From the NCBI GenBank assembly GCA_963809485.1, contig CAWEJX010000007.1, positions 576,001 through 640,000 on the forward strand: 64,000 nucleotides of DNA, written 5' to 3'. The DNA comes from an uncultured Acidobacteriota bacterium. GTDB lineage: Bacteria; Acidobacteriota; UBA6911. The notes below the pieces were generated by a model. That model searched no databases, had not been told where the DNA came from, and saw only the letters and a program-made list of their open reading frames with translations. Shown here piece by piece: positions 9,691 through 21,602 of this stretch (positions within the stretch are counted from its first letter, which is position 1; every line of letters begins with the position of its first letter). The translations under genes were made by a program, and so were the position numbers.

Positions 9691-10923
9691 TCAGCGACGC
9701 CGAAGGGCCGGCATCCTCTCATCGCCGGGGTCGATTTGGACGCCGATGGCGTTGAGCGCCATCGCGTTAGCCCGATAGTTGGCAGCGCTGGTTGTGGCGT
9801 CGATCAACAGGGTCGTGCCGAAGCGCTCGGCCATCGAATTCCAGGTGCGATCAGAGATCATGGAGTCCCGATACAGTTCATCGGCGGCATTCAATAACAC
9901 GACCTCGAAGGGATCCCAACCGGGTGCGGCCGGCCCGGCGGCAATTTTCAGCGGGTCCAGGCCCATCTCGCGCGCGCGTCCGATCTTCCCCACGTGCTGC
10001 ACCCACTCGTACTCCGATTGGCAGTTCCATCCGGTGCGGAGGATGAGCAATTCCCGATGCCGCGGGTCGAGCTTCGATTGCTGTTTGGAGTGGTAGAAGT
10101 CCTTGCCGCCCAGCAGCTCGGTGCGTTTCTGCCCGAACGTGCGGCCGAATGCTATGCCCGGTCCCTCGAGAGGCAGGATACGTGCGACCGTGAGCGGCGG
10201 CTCACGCTCAGGAACCACCATGAGATAGGGAATCTCCGTAGGCATATGCTCCGTCAGAGCCGCGTCGGGCTGAATACCTAGGGTGTTCAATAAGAGCGAC
10301 ACCGTCGTGAAGTGAGCTACGGTCAGGACGGCGTCCATCAGGTGGTCGATGTCATAATTCGCAGCCAGCGCCTTCCACGTTTCGTCGGTCACGGATGAAT
10401 TCCGAAACAGCTGGTCTGCGAGGCGAAGTAGTGTAGCCTCGAAGGGATCCCAGCCGCGCCGGTCCGGTCCCTGCGCAATCCGTTGAAGTTCGCCCGATGT
10501 CATACCCAGTGTCCGGGCAATGGGCGCATGCTCGCTCCACACGCAGTCGTTGTTGAGGAGCCAGGCCGTGCGCAGTATTAAAATTTCGCGATGACGCGGG
10601 GAAAGGCTTGAGTCGCGCGCGATGTAATTCTGCATCGGCATCATGCCGTCCACTAACTCCGGGACGTTGAGGAGCGTCTTGATGGCGTTACCCGCGCGCC
10701 CATCGGCCAGATGCTTCGCGACCAGCTTCCGGTGCACGTCCGTCCATTGCGACTCCGGCAGCGGGAGTATCCGGGGCTTCAGTAAGCGGACAGGCCGCAC
10801 ATGACCCGGGCGGTCCGGAACGGCCAGGCCGCCGTCCCGGGTCTGGAGCGCCATGCGGATGGGCGCCATGACCGGGAGAGCTATGCCCAAGAATAGCAAC
10901 AGCGGCTGCCTTATCAGACGCAT
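9691..10923 (-). CDS. Two-domain carboxymuconolactone decarboxylase/AhpD-like protein with putative signal peptide
   Basis: Internal repeat L(S/D)PRHRE(I/L)LILRT(A/G)W...GWDPFE...AD(Q/E)L occurs twice; hydrophobic N-terminus. Confidence 0.8.
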   Translation of the reverse strand: MRLIRQPLLLFLGIALPVMAPIRMALQTRDGGLAVPDRPGHVRPVRLLKPRILPLPESQWTDVHRKLVAKHLADGRAGNAIKTLLNVPELVDGMMPMQNYIARDSSLSPRHREILILRTAWLLNNDCVWSEHAPIARTLGMTSGELQRIAQGPDRRGWDPFEATLLRLADQLFRNSSVTDETWKALAANYDIDHLMDAVLTVAHFTTVSLLLNTLGIQPDAALTEHMPTEIPYLMVVPEREPPLTVARILPLEGPGIAFGRTFGQKRTELLGGKDFYHSKQQSKLDPRHRELLILRTGWNCQSEYEWVQHVGKIGRAREMGLDPLKIAAGPAAPGWDPFEVVLLNAADELYRDSMISDRTWNSMAERFGTTLLIDATTSAANYRANAMALNAIGVQIDPGDERMPALRRR

Positions 10924-11528
10924 CTCAGCCCTCCATCGGTTCACAGCTTGAGGCCACTCGGAGTGAGTCCCGTCGGTCCGGTGGACGCACTGCAAACAGC
11001 CCCACAGGCTCCGGCCAAAAATGTTACCTGATGCCCGCGTTCAGCCCGGGCGTTGCAGTCATGGTAGTGACGGTGTCCACCACCGATTTTGGAATCATCC
11101 TGCGCCAGCCCAAATGGCGTCACAATCAAGCCGACGCTGCTGATCCGGTTTCACTCTGCCTGGCCAGGGCGATGCGTGCGCCTCATAAGCAACCATAGTC
11201 CCGCCACCAGGAGACGAAAGCAGGAGCATATGGCGAATTGGCCGCGATTATATATCTTGTGCCCCGATACTTCCCAACGATTTGTTCCGCTGCTTGTTAT
11301 TGGGAAGCACCCTGCAGTGTGCAACCTGCACGGCACTCGAACCATGAACAGATCGATTCATAGACAGCATTGGAGTAATTTCCCCGGCCGGCGGCGAAAT
11401 GAAATGCGCTGCCTGAGCGCGCAAACCGTAGCCGTTTGAGAGGCCGAAGAAATGGCACAGGTGCAAGTCAGTTTCCGCCGTAACGGTGCATTTGATGCTG
11501 AAATTTGGCTTCAGGTGGCCCGGAAAAC

Positions 11529-11560
11529 AAAAAGGCTGCCCCAAAAGGGCAGCCCCTTTC
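11529..11560 (-). terminator. Intrinsic terminator, possibly bidirectional
   Basis: GGCTGCCC-CAAAA-GGGCAGCC stem flanked by A and T tracts. Confidence 0.7.
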
Positions 11561-11601
11561 AACTATGCGAGAAGGCTGAAAAGGCTATTTCCTTCTATGC
11601 C

Positions 11602-11708
11602 ATGCCGCCAAGCCTCCGGAACGCCTGCCCCACGAGGCAGGCAAAAACCCTGGAACCGGACGTTGATTTTCTCGCCCGGGAGGCTGCCTCGCGGCTATTT
11701 GACGGCAT
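11602..11708 (-). ncRNA. Candidate multi-stem structured RNA of unknown family
   Basis: Five nested helices can be drawn; G-U pairs and a GNRA loop appear on the minus strand; a terminator follows. Confidence 0.5.
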
Positions 11709-11795
11709 CGACCGACCCCACAAATTCCGCTCCAACGGCTGCGGTTGTTGAAGGATCCAAACGTTTGTATATTTGAGCAAGATCTCGGAGGAGCG

Positions 11796-11999
11796 ATGAA
11801 GCTTCAAGTCGTCATTCATGAGGCGGAAGAAGGCGGATATTGGGCAGAGGTTCCGGCGATCCCGGGTTGCGCGACACAGGGTGAGACGATCGAGGAATTG
11901 CTGCAGAATATCTATGAAGCAGTTGAGGGCTGCCTGGCGGTTCCGCTGAAAAAAATCAAGATGGCAAAGAAAGGTAGGATTCTGGAGATTGCGGTATGA
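11796..11999 (+). CDS. HicB-family antitoxin
   Basis: [39 protein letters not shown]; GGAGG RBS. Confidence 0.9.
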   Translation: MKLQVVIHEAEEGGYWAEVPAIPGCATQGETIEELLQNIYEAVEGCLAVPLKKIKMAKKGRILEIAV

Positions 12000-12118
12000 A
12001 GTCCGTGTCGGGCACGGATTGCATGAAGAAATTCATTCTGCGGCAATCCGTGCCAATTCGCGGCCTGCTTTTTGTTGCCGGAACTATCGGATAAACCCAG
12101 GCTATGGTCAAACACAAG

Positions 12119-12535
12119 TCAAGGGGTCGGGGGCAGGAAACCCAGTTGCCGCATCACAACCGCAGAATCGGAATAGGAAGCGACGTGGCTGATTTTGTCC
12201 CCGCTCAGCGTTTTCACAGCCGCATACCGGCATGAAAACCTCTTGCCGGTTGCCGGCATACCCATGAAGTCCCCTGTGTGCTTGCCGCTTAGGATATATT
12301 CTTCGCACTCGTGATTGCCGGAGCAGAAAAACGCGGTCCGTTCCGCTTTCATGTCGGAAATTGCCGAGAAGGAATTTTTGAAATAGTTGCGAACCTCTTC
12401 CTTGCCGCGAAGGACGGTTCCGTCTGACATAGTCACCACTACATCGTCCGTATGGAAGGAAAGAAATCCTTCCAGGTCGTGTGCATTGAGCACCGCAAAA
12501 AGGTTTTGGGACTGCTTATCAAGATCTGTCGCCAT
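12119..12535 (-). CDS. SnoaL-like ester cyclase family protein
   Basis: GKHTGDFMGMPATGK motif; 138 aa. Confidence 0.85.
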   Translation of the reverse strand: MATDLDKQSQNLFAVLNAHDLEGFLSFHTDDVVVTMSDGTVLRGKEEVRNYFKNSFSAISDMKAERTAFFCSGNHECEEYILSGKHTGDFMGMPATGKRFSCRYAAVKTLSGDKISHVASYSDSAVVMRQLGFLPPTP

Positions 12536-12662
12536 TTCAGTGTGTCTCCTTTCAAAGTTTATCGTTGGATTTTCTGCATCAAAAATAATGATTCCCTGCG
12601 CCGGAGCTCATAGGGTCTGGCGATCAAATCGGAATGCCCGATTTAAGCAGCCGTGCCGGAAG

Positions 12663-13121
12663 CTATTGCTTGTCCCAGATTTCCACAAAATCAACAGATT
12701 GGCCCTTATCCCCGATGTATTGGATCCTCTGGGTCATTGTTTTTCCGTCTCTGCTTACGGTGTTATGGTGCATTTGGGCCTGCTTGCCATTCTGAATGAA
12801 CGTGGTAAGGGTTTCGCCTGAAGCAAGCACCGTAAGGATGGCCGTAAGGTTTTCAGGCAAACCGCTGACAATGCCTCCCTGCCGGGGGTGTGTCATTTTC
12901 ATTGAAAGGGGAGAGCCATCCGCGTTCACGCCCGTGATGGCCAGCTCCATCTGGTCCGTGCCCAGTTCGCGTTTCACCAGCGTCTGCTCCCGCGGGGCTT
13001 GCTCGGTCGGCGGGAATTTGGATTTCGCAATATTGAGCTTCCAGGTTCCTACGCTCGGGTCGGCCGACCACAACGCGCCTGCCAATCCAAAAACAGCCAT
13101 CAAAAGCATTGCCTTACGCAT
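12663..13121 (-). CDS. Hypothetical secreted beta-barrel protein
   Basis: Signal peptide, ADPSVGTWKLNIAKSKF, VSRDGKTMT; GGAGG RBS. Confidence 0.75.
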   Translation of the reverse strand: MRKAMLLMAVFGLAGALWSADPSVGTWKLNIAKSKFPPTEQAPREQTLVKRELGTDQMELAITGVNADGSPLSMKMTHPRQGGIVSGLPENLTAILTVLASGETLTTFIQNGKQAQMHHNTVSRDGKTMTQRIQYIGDKGQSVDFVEIWDKQ

Positions 13122-13436
13122 GGAATTTTTCCTCCGTTTTGCATTTTTAATGTTGCGCGGATCCGGCAGAACCGCAGCAAAGAGTGTCCCTATTGTTTTT
13201 TTGAGTCTGTTGTCGTGATGCAATATACGTATACCCATCCACGGCCAGAGTCAACGGCTCTCATCGGGAAGATCGCGCAAAAAGCAATGGCGGGATTGAA
13301 ATAGGCTTCGGAAGATAGCAGGGAGGATCGATGCCAAGGCACTGCATGCGTTGATCGAACTGGAAGATGGGTCGCACATGGGTGTCAACGTTCAGTGGGA
13401 GCCGATCAGGCGGAAATGACACCGGTTTCTTTTTCT

Positions 13437-13480
13437 ATCTGGCTCTTCGAAGGCCGCCCCGAGAGGCGGCCTTCTTCAGC
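13437..13480 (+). ncRNA. Hairpin resembling the Acido-Lenti-1 RNA motif (or a terminator)
   Basis: TCTGG...GAAGGCCGCC-CCGAGA-GGCGGCCTTC-TTCAG; family match is from memory, not from a search. Confidence 0.45.
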
Positions 13481-13749
13481 ATCAACCATGGGATATTTCT
13501 TTCGCGGTTATTCCGGATCAGGCAAACCTGCTTTTGCGAAAGTAGTTCTCCTGTTGGCTCCCCGGAGATATCTGCTGATCACCATTGATCCGATGTTTTC
13601 ATAGAAGGATTTTATGCGCCCGGCTGTTTCGATAAATTGTGGGGTGACATTGTTTTTCTGCCTTCGGCCTGTCCTGATATCGTTCAGTGCTTCGCCCTTC
13701 TGGAGACTCCATGGGCTCCAGACAGCGGCGGCATGCTTTTGGTCCCGCC

Positions 13750-15225
<1,476 letters not shown>

Positions 15226-15546
15226 CGTCAGCTCCCTTTGATTGAGGTTAAAAAGGCAATCGGAGGATGAGCCATTCCTCTTTCATTTGGAGGCGGGCAA
15301 ACATTCCGTCCGCGAGCAGGCAATTCGCAGGGGAATTACGGATCCATGAATATCCAATCTCTGCGCATCCGGTCGTTTGCGCTCCATTCTCCATAATGCA
15401 TCACAAATTCAGCCAGATATCGATATGGCATGCGATTCTATCCCTCCCGATACGCAGCATCAACATCATTGTCTTTAAAAAAAGACAATGGTCTGCTGTA
15501 AATCTGCGGACAGCAAACCATTCACGGTCGCTTGAGGAATTGCTGT

Positions 15547-17190
15547 TCAAGGAATCTTTTCAGAGCTGCAGACGAAATTGGCGGCATCGTCGGTGCTTCC
15601 CGTACCCTTGTATTTTGCAGCTTGAGGATAGGGGCACAATGGTCGCGAACGATCCACTTTCCCATTGGTCGAGTGCGTTGCGACAATCCGGTCGGGCGCG
15701 TTCCCCTTTTCCACCCACTGCTCCAATGATGTGAGCGCATCGAACGTATTCGGGCCCGGCCCGCCGCTGCAGTGCGCCATTCCCGGCGCCATAAAGAGCC
15801 GAATGAAGTCCTCAGTTTTTCCGGCTCCTCCCATTTTTTTCTGAACGTTTTCAAAATAACGGACTGTATTTCTCGGCGAGATATTCTGATCCAGCCAACC
15901 GTGATACAGGATCAGTTTGCCCCCGCGCTTTTTAAAGGGTGCAAGATCCGGATTGGTGGAATCGAGAACCGGCCCGAGTCTTTTGGAGGCATTTTCCATA
16001 AGAACGAAACTCTTCGGATCGGAGAATGAAAGGCTCTTCCAGTCCCAATTGGGGTTTTTCAGCACCATATACTTGAAATAAGAAATTGGCGTGTTAAAGG
16101 GATCGTTGATGTGGCCCGGCCAGAAGGTTTCGCTGCTTTTTTCGTAGCCGTACCAGAAGCGTTTTCCGGTTGAAGGGTCCTTCAATCCTTCGTAAATCTT
16201 TCGAACCGAATCCGCCTGTGACGCAGTGAGGCAATTCGGGCCATCGGGTCCGGAACACTGGATTTTTGCCGGATCAAATCCGCATCGCTGAGGATCCCCG
16301 ATGACATCGTCCTTAACTCCATCCATCGCGTCGCAGGCTGCCAAGGCAGCGTTGGCGATCAACGGCAGCTTTTCATTCGGGATTCTGCTTGCCTCGTCCC
16401 TGTGCGTTACCCAGGCTGCATACAGTTCTCCCGGCCAGAGGTGTGTGGGGAAATTCGCCGGAGCCCCGGCGACGATGCCGTTGTAGTCCGCAGGATAGCG
16501 TTGAGCCTCCGACAACGCCTGGCCGCCTCCTCCCGAACAGCCGGTAAAATAGGAATACTGTGGATCCTGATTGTAATACGCCCGGATGATGGCTTTTGCG
16601 GCAACAGCCGTCATGTGGATGGAGCGCGATGCAAAGTCAACGAGCAGTTTTTCATCCAGCGCCCAGGAATCATCGTTAAATTTGTCAACGTGCCCTGTAT
16701 CCGTGCTGGCAGTAGCGTAGCCTCGCACGAGCGATTGCATCATGGCATCATAGGCGATGAACCCTGCCAGCCCTCCGTTACCGACGCCATTGAATTTCCC
16801 GTTCCAGCGTTTATCTCCGGAAGCCGGCGGCAACCAGACCTCAAAGTTGATTGACGGCTGCACCACTCCAACCACACGGCAGAAGGCGGGCAGATCCTTT
16901 GTCGTTTCCATCGGGCCCCGGCCCATCTCAGGCTTCAGGCCCCGTCCTGCATCCTGCGGTCCTCCGAAGGGAGGCTGCCCGCCCCCCATCGCCATACCTC
17001 GGCCCGGGGGAGTGAATTCGCCTGCCGCCATCCATTGGGCGGAAGAGATGGTCGTCTCCGGAATTGGGAGGCTTTTCAAATTTTCACAGGATCCCCCGGC
17101 AGAAGACTGAGCGAACGCGGTGGCTCCCGATGAAACCAACGCGAGGCTCAAGCCTGCAAGCGCGTAAAACAAAATGCGAGCCTTCATCAT
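15547..17190 (-). CDS. Tannase/feruloyl esterase family hydrolase, secreted
   Basis: GNGG, STDTGH, GCSGGG nucleophile, HGWLD, PGMAHC, RPLCPYP; signal peptide. Confidence 0.93.
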   Translation of the reverse strand: MMKARILFYALAGLSLALVSSGATAFAQSSAGGSCENLKSLPIPETTISSAQWMAAGEFTPPGRGMAMGGGQPPFGGPQDAGRGLKPEMGRGPMETTKDLPAFCRVVGVVQPSINFEVWLPPASGDKRWNGKFNGVGNGGLAGFIAYDAMMQSLVRGYATASTDTGHVDKFNDDSWALDEKLLVDFASRSIHMTAVAAKAIIRAYYNQDPQYSYFTGCSGGGGQALSEAQRYPADYNGIVAGAPANFPTHLWPGELYAAWVTHRDEASRIPNEKLPLIANAALAACDAMDGVKDDVIGDPQRCGFDPAKIQCSGPDGPNCLTASQADSVRKIYEGLKDPSTGKRFWYGYEKSSETFWPGHINDPFNTPISYFKYMVLKNPNWDWKSLSFSDPKSFVLMENASKRLGPVLDSTNPDLAPFKKRGGKLILYHGWLDQNISPRNTVRYFENVQKKMGGAGKTEDFIRLFMAPGMAHCSGGPGPNTFDALTSLEQWVEKGNAPDRIVATHSTNGKVDRSRPLCPYPQAAKYKGTGSTDDAANFVCSSEKIP

Positions 17191-17248
17191 AATTCCTTTC
17201 ATAAAAATGCGTCGGCCCAGCCGGCGCATTTTGCTCTTCAGACCTAAG

Positions 17249-20200
17249 CTAGTAATGCAGCCGCAATGCGAACTGAAGAATTCGCGGCCGGTTGGCCTGG
17301 CTCGTGACAATTCCAAAGGTTGTCCCATTTATATCAGTTGAAGGAGCCGCAAACTGAACCCGGTTGAACAGGTTGAAAGCTTCCATGCGGAATTCCACGT
17401 TGACGTCTTCTTTAATTTGCGTCTTCTTGAAGATCGCCAGGTCCCAGTTGTTAATTCCCGCTGCCCGCAGCTTCGGATCAACGCGGGCTTCGTTGCCGAA
17501 TTCCCATTCGCCTGACTTTGCGAAGCATTTCGTGTCAAACCAGCCGTTCAGTCTCGATTGAGCTGACCCGGAAGCTTCCGCGTTGCAACCGGCAACGACG
17601 TTGGGACGCTTGGGGCCTCCGCCAAAGTAGAAGGCATAGGCACCGTCTGCTACAGAGTTAACGGATTGGCCGAATTTCAATGGGAACCCGGATTGGAAAG
17701 TGGTTTGACCGTTGAGGCCCCACCCCGAAACCAGCTTGTTCACCACGCCGGTAGTTTGTGCCAGGAATTTCTGGCCGTGGCCGAACGGCAGGTCATAGGT
17801 ATAACTCACTTGAAAACGGTGCGTAACGTCAAAGCTCGCGAGCGAACGATCGGCCCTGCGGTCATAGGCATTCTGGCCGCTGCTGCCAACGCCGCCGTTG
17901 TCTTCCAGGAAACCATTCAGGGTGTCGGTATCGGAAACCAGCTTGGCCCAGGTGTAAGAGCCCATGATCATCCCGCCGGACTTGAACCGTTTTTCCAGCT
18001 TGATCTGCAGGGAATTGTAGCTGGAACTGCCCATGTAAGGAGCGTTTATGGAAACGCCTGTGTTCCCCTGAAGGAAATTTCCGAATGGATCCGAGCCCCC
18101 GAAGCCCCATTGCGGATAGGGCCGCTGCAACTGGCCGATCATGATGGTTGGCGAGAAGCCGAGGACGCCGGTGTTCGCTTGCCCGAAGAATGGATTTGGC
18201 ACCAGGTGCAGCGGACCTTCGCCTGGGTACGCCACAAAATCAGCTTTGACAATCTCGGGGGAGAGTTGGTTGAGGGTCACGCCTTCCGAGGGAGACAGCT
18301 GGCTGATGCTCCCGCTCTGCACGGGAAGATGAGTCCCCTTCGATCCGGCATAGCTCGCTTCCAGCATCAGGCCGTTCCCGAATTCATGCCCGATCGTTAA
18401 ATTCCACTGCTGAGCAACCGGATATTTCTGGTCAGGCAAAACCCCATTGATGCTTGTTCCTGCCAATCCAGCCATGAAATTGGGGTCATGACCTGCCGGT
18501 TGGAGGATGCCATTCGGCCAGGGATTGGTCACATCTCCCGACCATTGGTTCGTGGTGGCTGACATAACCGGCGAGTTGATCCCTTGCAGATCGCTGGGCA
18601 GATAGGACAGGCCCGCACCCATCCGGATGACGGTCTTCTCGGTCAGGCGGTATGCCAAACCAATCCGTGGAGAAAACAGCGCCCAGCGCAGCTTGTTCTG
18701 CTGGCGGTCCGGATACGCGGCCGAGTTTGTTAACAGAAGCTGCCCCTTCAAAGAGGAGAAATAGGCGTTGGGCGCAAATTGGGTGAGATTGTCTGCCGCA
18801 TAGGGATCCAGGATGGTATTCCGATCATACATTTCCGTGTAGGATCCCGGCTGTTCCCAACGCAAGCCCATATTCAACGTCAGTTTTCTGCTGACCTGCC
18901 AGGTGTCTGCTGCATACATCGCGTAATACCAGGACCTGGCGCCGGTGGTCAGCGCGGTTTGAATCGCGCCGGCAATCGGTTGGCCAAAAATGATGTTGGT
19001 GTAGGGATCGAACGTCGGCGGGTTTGGAACATAGGTGAACTGCCCCGAGGCGTTGTTGTTGGCGAAGCTGCGTCTATAGGCTTGGCGAAGCTCCCCGCCA
19101 AATTTCAGCGTATGTGTATTTTTGGTTTTCGTGACGCTGCCGGAAGCGCCGATATGATCTTCCCAGGTTGTGCTGGATACATTCTGGAACAGGAAGAAGA
19201 CCGGTCCTCCAAATGGAGGAGGAACGATGGGTGTCGGGTTATAAACCACTGACATCTGAGGCGCAAGGTCTTCCCATGCAGGACCATATTTCGACAGATC
19301 CTCCTTGTTCGTTCGGGGGGACATGGAATCAAACCGGAAATAGGTGAAGTATACCCGCCCATCCAGGATGGTGGTTGGACTCAATGTATAGGTATCGTTG
19401 ATCACAACCTGCTGGGTGGTGTGGTCTTCACCCGGTTTGCCATAGCCGTTTTGGAAATAATCCGTGGCCATGGTATCGCCGCCCCACCAGGTATAGCGTA
19501 CAAAGAGCCGTTGTTTGTCGCTGATACTATGATCCACACGCCCCGTCGCCTGATTGCCGTTAGATCCGGAGGGGCCGTTGGCGGAAAAGTTAAATCCGGT
19601 CACCGGGTCTGCAGGAACATTGGGCAGGGCATACATATTGTAGAACGCTTTTGCGGTCTGGCTGCAATTTGCGTCGCATTGAGCGCGCATTTCCAATGTA
19701 GGCACCCGCGCATAAATGGGGTCGCCCAGGCGGAGATTCCAGCCTTCCCAACTGCCATAGAAAAATGTCTTGTCTTTACGGATTGGCCCGCCTAAAGCCG
19801 CGCCATACTGGTTTTGATTCCACTGGGGACGCGGTGTTCCGTTTTTGTTGTCGAAGAAGTTGTTGGCGTTGAAAACCTTGTTGCGCAGGAATTCGTACGC
19901 GGTCCCGTGGAACCTGTTTTCCCCTGATTTGGTAGCCATGTTCACAACGCCGCCGGCAAAACGTCCAAACTCCGGACTGACGTTGCTCGTGGAAACGCGG
20001 AACTCTTGAACAGCATCCTGGGTCGGCACCAGCACGATCCCGTTGTTCAAACTGGCATTCATCGGCACACCATCGAGGAACTGAGCGCTTTGGCCAGCGG
20101 CTCCACCGCCGATCTGGTAGTTGCCCCAACCGGCCGGATTGCTGTAGGTGGCCCCGTGCTGGTTGCCGAGTGCGCTGCCGCTCGAGGAACCCTGTGGAAT

Positions 20201-20719
20201 CACCCCGGGAGTCAGCGCGATCAGGTTCATCACATTGCGGCCGTTCAAAGGCATCTCGGTGACGGTACGCGATTCCACAACCTGGCTGAGCGTGCCGCTT
20301 TCGGTTTGAAGCAGCGGAGAAGCGGAAGAGACTTCAACTAATTCGCTGATCTGGCCGATTTGCATGGGAACATCAATCCGGACTATAGATCCCACCTCCA
20401 CCAGGATGTTGTCGCGGGTGAAGTGCTTGAAACCCGTCTTCTCCACATCAACCCGATAGCGCCCGGGCGCCAAATCAACGAAACGATAGCTGCCGACGGC
20501 CTCCGTTTTGGCGTTCCTCTTCTCTCCCGTCCCGATATTCGTAATTGTGACGGAGGCATCGGGAATTATTCCTCCGGACGAATCGTTGATGGTTCCGACC
20601 AGCGAGCCATTGGCCGTCTGTGCGTGCAGAAAAATACCTGGCAAAGTCATCATGCACGCAAGGCATAGCGCAAAAAAACACGCAAATCTGGAATTGCTTA
20701 TTTTTGGACTGATATCCAT
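17249..20719 (-). CDS. TonB-dependent receptor, Oar-like, with carboxypeptidase-regulatory-like N-domain
   Basis: MPLNGRN, DAVQEFRV, TKSGENRFHG, LTLNMGLRWE, FSPRIGLAY, C-terminal PRILQFALRLHY; 1156 aa. Confidence 0.93.
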   Translation of the reverse strand: MDISPKISNSRFACFFALCLACMMTLPGIFLHAQTANGSLVGTINDSSGGIIPDASVTITNIGTGEKRNAKTEAVGSYRFVDLAPGRYRVDVEKTGFKHFTRDNILVEVGSIVRIDVPMQIGQISELVEVSSASPLLQTESGTLSQVVESRTVTEMPLNGRNVMNLIALTPGVIPQGSSSGSALGNQHGATYSNPAGWGNYQIGGGAAGQSAQFLDGVPMNASLNNGIVLVPTQDAVQEFRVSTSNVSPEFGRFAGGVVNMATKSGENRFHGTAYEFLRNKVFNANNFFDNKNGTPRPQWNQNQYGAALGGPIRKDKTFFYGSWEGWNLRLGDPIYARVPTLEMRAQCDANCSQTAKAFYNMYALPNVPADPVTGFNFSANGPSGSNGNQATGRVDHSISDKQRLFVRYTWWGGDTMATDYFQNGYGKPGEDHTTQQVVINDTYTLSPTTILDGRVYFTYFRFDSMSPRTNKEDLSKYGPAWEDLAPQMSVVYNPTPIVPPPFGGPVFFLFQNVSSTTWEDHIGASGSVTKTKNTHTLKFGGELRQAYRRSFANNNASGQFTYVPNPPTFDPYTNIIFGQPIAGAIQTALTTGARSWYYAMYAADTWQVSRKLTLNMGLRWEQPGSYTEMYDRNTILDPYAADNLTQFAPNAYFSSLKGQLLLTNSAAYPDRQQNKLRWALFSPRIGLAYRLTEKTVIRMGAGLSYLPSDLQGINSPVMSATTNQWSGDVTNPWPNGILQPAGHDPNFMAGLAGTSINGVLPDQKYPVAQQWNLTIGHEFGNGLMLEASYAGSKGTHLPVQSGSISQLSPSEGVTLNQLSPEIVKADFVAYPGEGPLHLVPNPFFGQANTGVLGFSPTIMIGQLQRPYPQWGFGGSDPFGNFLQGNTGVSINAPYMGSSSYNSLQIKLEKRFKSGGMIMGSYTWAKLVSDTDTLNGFLEDNGGVGSSGQNAYDRRADRSLASFDVTHRFQVSYTYDLPFGHGQKFLAQTTGVVNKLVSGWGLNGQTTFQSGFPLKFGQSVNSVADGAYAFYFGGGPKRPNVVAGCNAEASGSAQSRLNGWFDTKCFAKSGEWEFGNEARVDPKLRAAGINNWDLAIFKKTQIKEDVNVEFRMEAFNLFNRVQFAAPSTDINGTTFGIVTSQANRPRILQFALRLHY

Positions 20720-20894
20720 GTGTGTATCTCCCCACAGAAGAAATTCCCGGCGACGGTGTCGCCGGTTCCCGCACCCCGATTCTCCTTTGTATCTGTCAAG
20801 AAATTGTCAAGATTTTCTGGAAATTTTCTGAAGTTTTTATGCGAACATTGAGAATCCTGAAAGCCGGCCGTAGGATGCTAAGCGGAGGTTGACC

Positions 20895-21602
20895 ATGGCC
20901 CAAAGGATTCTGGTGGTCGATGATGACAAATCCATTGTTAAGGTGCTGGCGGGATATCTGGAGCAAGCGGGATTTGCTATCCTTGTGGCCTACGACGGGG
21001 AAACCGCGCTGCACATGCTGCGCCGGGAACGCCCCGATCTGGTTATCCTTGATTTAATGATGCCCAAACGCGACGGATGGGAAGTTACGCGGATCGTAAG
21101 AACCGACAAGGATCTGGCGTCTACACCGATTATCATGCTCACCGCCCGATTCGAAGACACGGATAAAATCGCGGGCCTGGAACTCGGTGCCGACGATTAC
21201 GTAACAAAGCCGTTCAATGCGCGCGAAGTTGTCACACGCGTGAAAGCACTGCTGCGCCGGCAGAAACTGGACCAGATGCCGACCGCCGGCCCCAGGATCC
21301 TTGTCAGCGGCGGACTCCGTTTAGATGTTGATCATCACACGCTCACAGTCAATGCACAGAGAGTCGAACTCACTCGCACGGAGTTCAATCTGCTGGAGAT
21401 ACTGCTCGCAAATCCGGGTTACACCATCACACGGGATGAATTGCTGGAGAAGGCGCTCGGGTATGCATATGAAGGGCTGGGACGCGCCCTGGATACCCAT
21501 ATCAGGAATCTGCGCCGCAAAATCGAGCCGGATCCGGACAACCCCCGGTATATCCAAACCATCCATGGGGTGGGATATCGCCTGGCAGGAGACCGCATAT
21601 GA
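20895..21602 (+). CDS. OmpR-family response regulator
   Basis: ILVVDDD, LDLMMP, GADDYVTKPF, winged helix DTHIRNLRRKIE...GVGY. Confidence 0.95.
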   Translation: MAQRILVVDDDKSIVKVLAGYLEQAGFAILVAYDGETALHMLRRERPDLVILDLMMPKRDGWEVTRIVRTDKDLASTPIIMLTARFEDTDKIAGLELGADDYVTKPFNAREVVTRVKALLRRQKLDQMPTAGPRILVSGGLRLDVDHHTLTVNAQRVELTRTEFNLLEILLANPGYTITRDELLEKALGYAYEGLGRALDTHIRNLRRKIEPDPDNPRYIQTIHGVGYRLAGDRI

